From: an uncultured delta proteobacterium
GTDB taxonomy: Bacteria > Bdellovibrionota > FAC87 > UBA2466
Assembly (NCBI GenBank): GCA_963778115.1
Contig: CAVZSV010000004.1
Location: 1,056,001 to 1,120,000, forward strand
Direction: 5' to 3'
Length of the DNA stretch: 64,000 nt
Shown: positions 56,358 to 64,000 of the stretch, piece by piece
Numbering within the stretch: the stretch's first letter is position 1
Layout of the letters: every line of letters starts with the position of its first letter
Translations under genes and position numbers: made by a program
Notes under the pieces: model-generated
The model's database searches: none
The model's input: the letters and a program-made list of their open reading frames with translations, nothing else
What the model was told of the DNA's origin: nothing

Positions 56358-58197
56358 CACTTCCAAAGATTCCTGTTGGTAACTGCCACATCAAAACCCC
56401 TCCATAAATCGAAATACCCACTATCAACCAGACGAGATAGTCTCCGATCAATCCCGTGTGCATTTTGTGGAAGGGGCGCATGAAAAGAGAAAAGGCATTT
56501 CGACCGAGAAAATGAGCGTATCGGGCCTTGGAGGAAATAAGATCGTATCCTGCGATGGAGACCGCAAGAAGACAGCCTAAAAGCCCTCGCAGTATGGGCC
56601 ATGTCCAAGAGATTTCGTGCAATACCGATTTCCCCGAATCGAAGGGTGTCGCGAAGACGACACTTTGATAATAGCGCGCATCCAAGAATCGCTGGCTATG
56701 GATCTCCAGGGAATGACGCATACCACTCGATATTCCTATACACAGAGCGAAGGCGACAAAAAGAGTCGCTGTCATAACCATGGGAGAGGAAAAACGAGTC
56801 TTAACCTTTGTCTCACGTTTTTCAGAGGGAACATGGGCGGTACGATCGCGAGGAGCTGTGAGACCCGAGGTATAGGGACCGAAATCTCGCGCCAGGGCAG
56901 AAAGAACCGCGCCGCCGGTCATTCCCCCGATAATGACGAATAACCAAGATAGCCATGCAAAACCCTTGGCTTCTGCCGCGGCAGAAAGGTAGGCCTCTCC
57001 GTAAAAGGTTCCGAAGGGAGGCAGTCCGCAAAGTCCAAGGGCGGCCAACAGAAGAACGATCGCTGTACGTCTGAGGGAAAATCGTGCCTTCCCTTGCAGC
57101 TCATATTCGTCGAGCGACCCAAAACGATCGAGCAAAATTCCCGCACCCACAAAAAGCGCACCTTTAACGGCTCCGTGTCCCAAAACGTAAAGAGCAGTCC
57201 CCGTAAGGGCCATTGAACTGAGCAGGGAAATTCCCACGAGCATGACTCCCACATGGCTTATGGTCGAAAAAGCCAGAAGACGTTTCCAATGCCTTTGTCC
57301 CAGACAGAAGACTGCTCCCACCATCATCGTCAAAACCCCCATTAGCAAAAGTAGATTTTGTATCGCGAACGTTTTATGGGTCATGGGGATGGAAAATAAC
57401 ACCCAATACGTTTTTGCAACGGCGTAAAGTCCCAGTTCGACCATCACACCCGAGAAGAGGATGCAAACGGGTGTCGGAGCCACCGCATGAGCGTCAGCTA
57501 GCCAAAAGTGAAAAGGAAACGCGGCTCCTTTGACGAGAAAGCCCGACCACACCAAAAGAAGAACCAACACGATAAATGTCATGCTCGGCGGATGACTTTC
57601 AAGACTGAGCGAGATTTGGGCGAGATTAAGAGCACCCGTTCTAGCGTAAAGAAGAGATATTCCGATGAGCGTAAGAAAAGCACCGACAGTATTAGTCACG
57701 GCAAAGTTGATAGCCCCTTGAAGCGGGCCTGGTTCTTCACTCTTATACCCACAAAGGGCGACCGAAGTTGCCGTCATGAGTTCAAACCATACGAATAGAT
57801 TGAAGAGATCTCCTGTCAGACAAAATCCGTTCATCGCGCCTATAAAAACGAGCATTAAAGTATGAAACAGAGCTTTTACTTCTTTGAAATATTCCCATGC
57901 AAAAAGAAAGGCTCCCATCGCTAAAAACGAAACAAAGGCCGCAAGTCCTGCTCCCAGGGGTTCAACGACAAAGGAGATCCCAATAGCCATCGCACCTTCG
58001 GGTTTCCATCCGCCAAACCAGTAGACCAAGGGCCGTTCCATACTTTGATGCATTAAGCGGGCAAGGACGAAAACACAGACCACACACGTTGAAAGGGAAA
58101 ACAGGTCGACGAGTCGTCGGGGAATCCATCTTCCTGTTAAAGCGAGTAAGGCAGCGGCAAAAAAGGGAACTACCACTGGCAAAACAATCAGTCCCAT
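56347..58197 (-). CDS. Mnh/Mrp subunit D-like (complex I subunit 5 family)
   Basis: TGDLFNLFVWFE, HFWLADAHAVAP, RLLAFSTISH. Confidence 0.9.
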   Translation of the reverse strand: MGLIVLPVVVPFFAAALLALTGRWIPRRLVDLFSLSTCVVCVFVLARLMHQSMERPLVYWFGGWKPEGAMAIGISFVVEPLGAGLAAFVSFLAMGAFLFAWEYFKEVKALFHTLMLVFIGAMNGFCLTGDLFNLFVWFELMTATSVALCGYKSEEPGPLQGAINFAVTNTVGAFLTLIGISLLYARTGALNLAQISLSLESHPPSMTFIVLVLLLVWSGFLVKGAAFPFHFWLADAHAVAPTPVCILFSGVMVELGLYAVAKTYWVLFSIPMTHKTFAIQNLLLLMGVLTMMVGAVFCLGQRHWKRLLAFSTISHVGVMLVGISLLSSMALTGTALYVLGHGAVKGALFVGAGILLDRFGSLDEYELQGKARFSLRRTAIVLLLAALGLCGLPPFGTFYGEAYLSAAAEAKGFAWLSWLFVIIGGMTGGAVLSALARDFGPYTSGLTAPRDRTAHVPSEKRETKVKTRFSSPMVMTATLFVAFALCIGISSGMRHSLEIHSQRFLDARYYQSVVFATPFDSGKSVLHEISWTWPILRGLLGCLLAVSIAGYDLISSKARYAHFLGRNAFSLFMRPFHKMHTGLIGDYLVWLIVGISIYGGVLMWQLPTGIFGSAKG

Positions 58198-58199
58198 TT

Positions 58200-58544
58200 T
58201 TACCCTTTCATTTGGCCAATCTTTTGAGGATCAGTAGTCTTACTACACTTATGAACCTGAACCGCAAGAGCGAGAAGGAGCGCCACCACAGTCGCTTCTA
58301 CTACAATGTCGGTTAGCATGAGGGCTTGGACAACAGAATCTACGGCTGTCGCATGATCGCTCTGGGTGAAAATAGGCGCAATGCCCCCATCACGGTAACC
58401 GATACCAACCAGCAAGACGTAGGTCGAAGATTGGAATACCGCGAGGCAGAGACACAGGTGGATTAAATTGCGGCTGGTGACTAGACCATACATTCCCGTG
58501 CCAAAAACGGAGGCTGCAATGACGTAGCTAAAATGGTCTATCAT
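58200..58544 (-). CDS. Mnh/Mrp subunit C
   Basis: RNLIH, VQALMLTDIVV. Confidence 0.85.
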   Translation of the reverse strand: MIDHFSYVIAASVFGTGMYGLVTSRNLIHLCLCLAVFQSSTYVLLVGIGYRDGGIAPIFTQSDHATAVDSVVQALMLTDIVVEATVVALLLALAVQVHKCSKTTDPQKIGQMKG

Positions 58545-59290
58545 TGTTTTGCATCCTGAACCAATGTCTCTTGAAGAAAGGCACGAAGTAAAAGAACGAA
58601 GCCCGCTGCTACTTCCAATCCGGTGGCAATGTTGATAACGAAAATGGACCCAGACGAAAAAACATCACCGGTGATTCCCAAAGGAAGGATATTTTGAAGG
58701 AAGGATTTACCCCACGCTATCCCCGCCAACCCCGTTAGTAAAAAGATAAGAACACCTAACGACTCCGTGATCTCCAAATATTTTATCCTCGCGATGTTTT
58801 TAAACCGAGAAAATCCTTTGCCAAGGTAAATCAGAAGCGGAGCCGTGGCTAAAACCACCCCTCCTTGGAAACCGCCTCCTGGCGATAACTGTCCGTGAGT
58901 CACTAGATAGAAACCGAAAAGAACGATGGGCCCGGTCATGCCCAAAGTCCACGTCGAGACAGCCTCGCTCACGGGAGAAACTTTTCTCTCGATGCTGTGA
59001 TCCGGTCTGACTCCTTGATTTTTCTCGTCGGCTTGACGCATTAGAAGAACAGTTCCCAACACCGATACAAAAAGAATAAATTCCTCTCCCAATGTGTCGA
59101 ACCCTCGATAATCGAAGTTTACGGCCGTCACCGCATCTTGAGTATGGCGCTCGGCAACGACCCCCGCGTTGATGCGATCTCCGTAGGGTCCTTGATAATC
59201 TCCGGTTCTGGGGAGGTCGTTCAAACCTCGTAAATAGATGGCTCCGAGAGCCAAGAGCCCAATGCCTAACATGAAAAGCCTTGTTCTCAT
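58541..59290 (-). CDS. Mnh/Mrp subunit B
   Basis: VTAVNFDYRGFDTLGE, HGQLSPGGGFQGG. Confidence 0.9.
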   Translation of the reverse strand: MRTRLFMLGIGLLALGAIYLRGLNDLPRTGDYQGPYGDRINAGVVAERHTQDAVTAVNFDYRGFDTLGEEFILFVSVLGTVLLMRQADEKNQGVRPDHSIERKVSPVSEAVSTWTLGMTGPIVLFGFYLVTHGQLSPGGGFQGGVVLATAPLLIYLGKGFSRFKNIARIKYLEITESLGVLIFLLTGLAGIAWGKSFLQNILPLGITGDVFSSGSIFVINIATGLEVAAGFVLLLRAFLQETLVQDAKQ

Positions 59291-59535
59291 TCGGTGTCGC
59301 TCTTCATTCTTGCCATCGCAAGTAACACCATCAGTGGAAGCGCTACCGCTCCTATCACGATTTGAGATAGCGCCACGTCTGGAGCCTGATAGAGAAAGAA
59401 CATTAATGCCAAGGTCAATCCGTAAAAACTAACTACGATGATCTGTTTTGCGGGGTCTCGAGTCATCACGACACCGATCGCGGTTACGGCAACCGCTAAA
59501 AGACAATACACCTGCATCCATTTCAACAAAGTCAC
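59287..59535 (-). CDS. DUF4040 / MnhB-related small subunit
   Basis: QAPDVALSQ. Confidence 0.85.
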   Translation of the reverse strand: MTLLKWMQVYCLLAVAVTAIGVVMTRDPAKQIIVVSFYGLTLALMFFLYQAPDVALSQIVIGAVALPLMVLLAMARMKSDTE

Positions 59536-59882
59536 TCCTTAACGATCTCGATTTCCTTGTGCGCTCTCTCACTCGGCTGAATCCGCCAATGCCCGAGTCT
59601 CCTCACGCGCACGGCCCGTGCTGTCGCATGAGTGAGTACCGCATTAGTAAAGAAAAGAAGTAGAGCGACGAAAGTGACTTTAATACGAGATTGCCAGTCA
59701 GAATCATCCAACCATACGGCAAGGCCGATCAGAAAAATACTGAGGCTCGATACCGGAGCGGTGTATTGCAACTTTTCCAGAGGCCTTGTCATCACCATTT
59801 GGAAAAAAGCGCTCAGTAGGGCGATAAAAATCGCCGTCCCCAGACAGATGGATACGGCCCAGGACCAGTTCCACTCGTTCAT
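59532..59882 (-). CDS. Mnh/Mrp subunit G
   Basis: ATGA-coupled start MNEWNW at 59882; FFTNAVLTHATARA. Confidence 0.8.
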   Translation of the reverse strand: MNEWNWSWAVSICLGTAIFIALLSAFFQMVMTRPLEKLQYTAPVSSLSIFLIGLAVWLDDSDWQSRIKVTFVALLLFFTNAVLTHATARAVRVRRLGHWRIQPSERAHKEIEIVKE

Positions 59883-60130
59883 ATCCAACGCTCCAAAAAG
59901 CGCGCAAAGACCATTCCTCCCCCAAAGGAGAGAAGTGCGGCGGTAAGGGCAAGATCGAAAAAGGCGGGTCGATGAAAAGCTTCCGCCAAAAGCACAAGGA
60001 GGATCGTTTCTATGACACCAGCTATTTCCAAACCTGCCAGCCGATCCTCGAGCTTCGATTTCATACACACTACCGCACAAGGAATCCAAGCCAACATCAG
60101 CAAACCCGCACTGCAAAGCCAGACATTCAT
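59879..60130 (-). CDS. Mnh/Mrp subunit F
   Basis: DRLAGLE, DLAL..ALLSF.G...FARFL. Confidence 0.85.
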   Translation of the reverse strand: MNVWLCSAGLLMLAWIPCAVVCMKSKLEDRLAGLEIAGVIETILLVLLAEAFHRPAFFDLALTAALLSFGGGMVFARFLERWI

Positions 60131-60624
60131 GAAGAGGCTCCCAATTTGCGAATCATCGTATTTACCTTCGTAGGTTGCAGTTGATGAAGAAAAAGAAGAT
60201 GGCGGTTAGGCACGAAACCCAAGGCAATCGAATTTGGGGTAAGAGTGGGAAGGGTTAGGCCGAGAATCCGTCGAGCTTGAGATTGTCGATCCGGGCCTCC
60301 CGTGTCGAAAGGTACGGCTCTGAGTCGGCCTCGAGTGGCAAGGGGCCGGAAGAGTTTCCTTATACCGAAATGAAAGGCTACATAGGTTCCCTGGAGAGCG
60401 TACCAAGGAATTCGCCACACTTGTTTTGTGGCCATTTCCCATCCCACAAATAGAGAGCGGCTCCAAGACAAAACGACTTCCGTTAAGAAAAGGGTTCCCC
60501 CGATGCCTAAAATACCGATGAGCAATTCCCCCAAGCTAATTTTGACAACATAACTGAACCATAGCGTCAGTAAGACAAGAGACTTTCCTACGTATCGCGC
60601 GACTCGAAGTTTCTTGAGCTCCAT
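60127..60624 (-). CDS. Mnh/Mrp subunit E-like
   Basis: ELLIG, TLTPN; first gene of the operon. Confidence 0.7.
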   Translation of the reverse strand: MELKKLRVARYVGKSLVLLTLWFSYVVKISLGELLIGILGIGGTLFLTEVVLSWSRSLFVGWEMATKQVWRIPWYALQGTYVAFHFGIRKLFRPLATRGRLRAVPFDTGGPDRQSQARRILGLTLPTLTPNSIALGFVPNRHLLFLHQLQPTKVNTMIRKLGASS

Positions 60625-60668
60625 ACGTTAGGAAGAGATGCAAAGGGGATGCCCAAATTCCCTTCGCA

Positions 60669-61733
60669 TCAGGACTTTGGTGTTTCTCTTATTTCGGAGC
60701 TTCTATCAGGCGGTCTCGATTTTGTGGTAAGGGACCGGTCCCTGCGAAGCATAATCGGGGGAAATCCGACAATGTCATAAGTCGAAGAGGCGACGCCAAT
60801 TCCCATTTTATTTAGCTCCCTTCGAATTTCTCGACTGATGGCGTCCTTCACCTCACGAATTCCGTGAGTCGGCACCAAGAACCGAACGGTAAGTTCGATC
60901 CAATTATCGGTAAGTCGATAAAAGACACGCGGGTTCACATCAATGAGTTTCACCCCGTAGATTTCTTCCATCTGCTTAAGCGCGGTGCCGGTAAGCTCTG
61001 CAACTTGGACACTGTGTTTTTCAGTCGCGCGAAGCAGAATCTTCTCAGCGGCTTCATCGTTTGAAGAATAACTCACCGGAATCATAATCTCCTCCCAGAT
61101 GAAGGGAAACTCTCGGGTATAGTTGTAGACGGGAGTTTCGAAAATCTTGTCATTGGTCACGGTAACGAGACGTCCCGTATACTGCCGGCTCTTCACCCAC
61201 ATGGAGGGATCGGCGTCTTGAACGGAGGGGGGCTGCCCCATTTCCATAATCGTGGTTTGGATAAATCCCAGCGCGATGACGTCTCCTCTGACTCCTCCCA
61301 TTGTGATGCGATCACCCACGTTAAACGTTTTTCCTCTTAAGATGACAAAATAGCCTGCGATCGCTGTGATCACGCGCTGAAGGGCAAAAGCCAGGCCCGC
61401 CGTCACCAATCCGACAGCGGTAGTAAGACGTGCCGGATCATCGAACCAAATAGAAACGAATCCCAAGATAAGGAGTACCGCCGTGGCCAGTTGAGTCCCT
61501 TGTCCAATCCAAAATCGAAGTTTTTCTCGGTGAATACCGTTAAGGACAAGCTTAGCGATGAGTTTTGTTACTCTGCCTAACACTAAGACCAAAAGAATAA
61601 AGCCAAGGCTAAAGATCAGCTTCTTACCGTTCTCAGGAGTCACTCCGACGAGCTTGACGCCGAGAACAGCAACAGCATGATGGGGTCCTACGTGTTCGAC
61701 CAAGGTCATCCCCGTTGCTGTTTCAAGAAACAC
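60669..61733 (-). CDS. MscS-family mechanosensitive channel
   Basis: AGLAFALQ, FNVGDRI, GDVIALG, VTNDKIF..PVYNYT. Confidence 0.9.
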   Translation of the reverse strand: MFLETATGMTLVEHVGPHHAVAVLGVKLVGVTPENGKKLIFSLGFILLVLVLGRVTKLIAKLVLNGIHREKLRFWIGQGTQLATAVLLILGFVSIWFDDPARLTTAVGLVTAGLAFALQRVITAIAGYFVILRGKTFNVGDRITMGGVRGDVIALGFIQTTIMEMGQPPSVQDADPSMWVKSRQYTGRLVTVTNDKIFETPVYNYTREFPFIWEEIMIPVSYSSNDEAAEKILLRATEKHSVQVAELTGTALKQMEEIYGVKLIDVNPRVFYRLTDNWIELTVRFLVPTHGIREVKDAISREIRRELNKMGIGVASSTYDIVGFPPIMLRRDRSLTTKSRPPDRSSEIRETPKS

Positions 61734-61922
61734 GCCAGAAAGTTTGGCAAGCGCGAAGCTTTCCCTATCTCGCCTTGAGCTCTAGAACACGATCGGCGCA
61801 ATAAGCCTAAGCCTCAGGAACGGTTTACGACCGCCACAGCTTTCGGATGACAACGGCACGACGCCTGCATGCTGCTATGTCGAAGAGAGAACTCAAGTGA
61901 TTGTCTTCATAAGGAGGGTCCG

Positions 61923-62153
61923 ATGAACGAAAATACTTTAATAGATCAAGCCAGCCGCGTGCTAACCCCGCTTAAAAAAAATATCGATTCCGCCGGTCCC
62001 GGGGGCCAGTCGTATGATTTGGCGCCCACTCCCCGACTGGCTGAGCCCAGCGCTGCGACGAGTCCCACGTCACACGATAAATTCCTTCTTGCGACCGTTT
62101 TCTTAGTCGGATTGGCGATTGGCTTTTCTTTAGGCCACGATAGTTCTAGATAA
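61923..62153 (+). CDS. small protein with C-terminal TM anchor
   Basis: AAGGAGG RBS before ATG 61923; sigma54-like CGGCACGACGCCTGC at 61854-68. Confidence 0.55.
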   Translation: MNENTLIDQASRVLTPLKKNIDSAGPGGQSYDLAPTPRLAEPSAATSPTSHDKFLLATVFLVGLAIGFSLGHDSSR

Positions 62154-63894
62154 GCTCCCTGACTTTATCCGATAGAGCAGTCAGAGCAATTTTTCCTCCG
62201 TAGGGTTCCCCTTTGGCCAGCGATTCGGCGAAATGGAGTGCCTGCTCAACCGTGATTTTACCCGGCATGGGAGCTTCAAACGGATCCACGACGGCTTCGA
62301 TAATCGTTGGTTTTCCGTTTGCGATCGCCTCATCGAGAATTCGTCCACAATCCCGGGGATCGTCAATCGTATATCCGATTCCGCCGCAAACGCGGGCAAA
62401 ACCCGCAAAGTCGATAGGCTCCAGCTCTACTCCAAATTCGGGATTTCCTAGAAACACCATTTGCTCCCATTTAATCTGTCCCAGCGTATTGTTCTTGATA
62501 ACGATAACTTTAATCGGGAGTTTGTATTTCACCGCGGTGACAAATTCACCCATCAGCATTGTAAACCCGCCATCTCCCACGAAAGCGACGCACTGTCGGT
62601 CCGGATGGGCGATTTGTGCTGCAATCGTATAGGGCAGACCACAGGCCATAGTCGCCAGGTTTCCCGAGCAAGAAAACATCTGTCCCCGACGAGCGTAAAT
62701 CTGTCTCGCCCACCATGTCGTGATCGTCCCCGAGTCAGATGACACGATGGCATTGTCCTTCAATCGTCTCCCTAGTTCGTGAGCGACTACCTGGGGCTTC
62801 ATTGGTTTGCCCTGGTGAGTTCCACGGCTTTCCATTAGACCATCCCACTTTTGTTTTCCTTCGATGGCTGTCTCTAGAAACTTTCTATCGGATTTTTGGT
62901 TCAGCAGCGGCAAAAGCACACTAAGGCCTGCTCTGCTGTCGCAAACAAGACCGGTCTCTGCCGGATACCTCAAGCCAATTCGTGTCGGATCCACATCCAT
63001 TTGCACGCAGCGAGCGTCGCCGGGCTTGGGATAAAATTCGATATAAGGGAAAGAGGTCCCGACGATTAGCAAAGTGTCACACCTTTCTAAAGCTTCCTGC
63101 GAAGGCCTTGTCCCCAATAACCCTATGCCCCCCAGACAACTCGGATGAGCGTCTGGTACCGCTGCTTTTCCGAGCAACGCCTTAATAATGGGTGCGTTGA
63201 GTTTTTCCGATACGGCGATGATTTCGTCCGTCGCATGGATAGCACCCCGTCCCACCAGCATGACAACTCTATTTCCGGCATTTAATATCTCCGCAGCATT
63301 TTCGAGAGCGGTTCGATCGGGCAGAGTCACCCCGTGCGCGTACTTGTTGGAAACGTGATGAGGGACGTTCCTTGCCGAATGTTTTTTCGCGGGTAATAAC
63401 TGCACATCCACCGGCATCGTAATATGAGAGACACCACGTTGACTAAGGGCAGTTCGGCACGCTAGCTCGGCTACGTTTTCGGTGTGGGAAGGGTCCATCA
63501 CCCTACTGTTATAGACGCAGACATCTTCAAATAGCTTATCGAGCTCCACATCCTGCTGTCCGTGGGTATTGAGGAGATCGCGAAACTGAAGTCCGGTGAT
63601 CGCAAGGACCGGTTGTCCATCGCACTTTGCATCATAGAGACCGTTTAGAAGATGAATTCCTCCCGGTCCCGACGTCGCGAGGCAAACCCCAAGTTTGCCC
63701 GTGTACTTGGCATACGCACAGGCCATAAAGGCCGCTGACTCTTCGTGGCGCACCTGAATGAAACGAAGCCTGTCTTTTCGCTTTCTGAATGCTTCCATGA
63801 TTCCGTTAATGCCGTCTCCAGGCAGACCAAAGATCGTATCGACTCCCCAGTCCATAATGGTATCTAACAAAATATCGGACGCCGTATCTGACAT
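62146..63894 (-). CDS. ThDP-dependent pyruvate oxidase/dehydrogenase (PoxB-like)
   Basis: FGLPGDG, VRHEESAAF, TSGPG, GDGGF...NN. Confidence 0.92.
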   Translation of the reverse strand: MSDTASDILLDTIMDWGVDTIFGLPGDGINGIMEAFRKRKDRLRFIQVRHEESAAFMACAYAKYTGKLGVCLATSGPGGIHLLNGLYDAKCDGQPVLAITGLQFRDLLNTHGQQDVELDKLFEDVCVYNSRVMDPSHTENVAELACRTALSQRGVSHITMPVDVQLLPAKKHSARNVPHHVSNKYAHGVTLPDRTALENAAEILNAGNRVVMLVGRGAIHATDEIIAVSEKLNAPIIKALLGKAAVPDAHPSCLGGIGLLGTRPSQEALERCDTLLIVGTSFPYIEFYPKPGDARCVQMDVDPTRIGLRYPAETGLVCDSRAGLSVLLPLLNQKSDRKFLETAIEGKQKWDGLMESRGTHQGKPMKPQVVAHELGRRLKDNAIVSSDSGTITTWWARQIYARRGQMFSCSGNLATMACGLPYTIAAQIAHPDRQCVAFVGDGGFTMLMGEFVTAVKYKLPIKVIVIKNNTLGQIKWEQMVFLGNPEFGVELEPIDFAGFARVCGGIGYTIDDPRDCGRILDEAIANGKPTIIEAVVDPFEAPMPGKITVEQALHFAESLAKGEPYGGKIALTALSDKVRELI

Positions 63895-63960
63895 AACTAC
63901 TTCTCCTTGTTCGACCGAACTACTTCGGCTTTAAACGCCTGAGGCTGTCGCAGAGCAAGT

Positions 63961-63976
63961 TGCATCACCTGTGCCA
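63961..63976 (-). promoter_or_regulatory. sigma54 promoter of the pyruvate oxidase-like gene
   Basis: Minus strand reads TGGCACAGGTGATGCA, close to consensus. Confidence 0.65.
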
Positions 63977-64000
63977 GGTGCAAAGGCTTTTTCCCACAGA

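Noticed and set aside
59883..60116. N-terminal extension of the MnhG ORF
   Set aside because: It overlaps MnhF in another frame; the ATGA-coupled start at 59882 fits better.

Overview
About 64 kb of bacterial chromosome rich in secreted hypothetical proteins and sigma54-type promoters. The style suggests a Bdellovibrionota/Myxococcota-like deltaproteobacterium, which is an inference only. 1-22 kb: housekeeping and secreted-protein genes (SRPBCC, Dus, HTTM, ABC solute-binding protein, erythromycin esterase-like, TlpA, OprB-NHL-DyP operon, SOD, catalase-like plus di-heme cytochrome pair). 22.0-43.8 kb: a tandem array of at least three integrated elements, all joined at the anticodon loop (TTTGCAA) of tRNA-Ala(TGC). 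A displaced 5' half lies at 21990, the intact gene at 31158, a 20-bp core copy at 40189 and a displaced 3' half at 43793. Element A carries a putative RiPP-like cluster (rSAM/SPASM, ureohydrolase, RRE-like protein, methyltransferase, two 2OG-Fe(II) oxygenases, HTTM protein, secreted small protein). Elements B and C each carry a paralogous LysM-domain protein with a hydrophobic, toxin-like C-terminus, preceded by a sigma54 motif and coupled to a different small membrane protein; this is a candidate new toxin-immunity family. They also carry defence-like genes. 43.9-53 kb: zinc-homeostasis region (zrg-like ABC operon, Fur/Zur regulator, three TGCAA-N5-TTGCA boxes, His-rich peptide, CDF). An IS4-family element is inserted into a long palindrome, followed by ClC, a compact Mnh/Mrp operon, MscS and a pyruvate oxidase-like gene. 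All calls come from reading motifs by eye; no database search was run.
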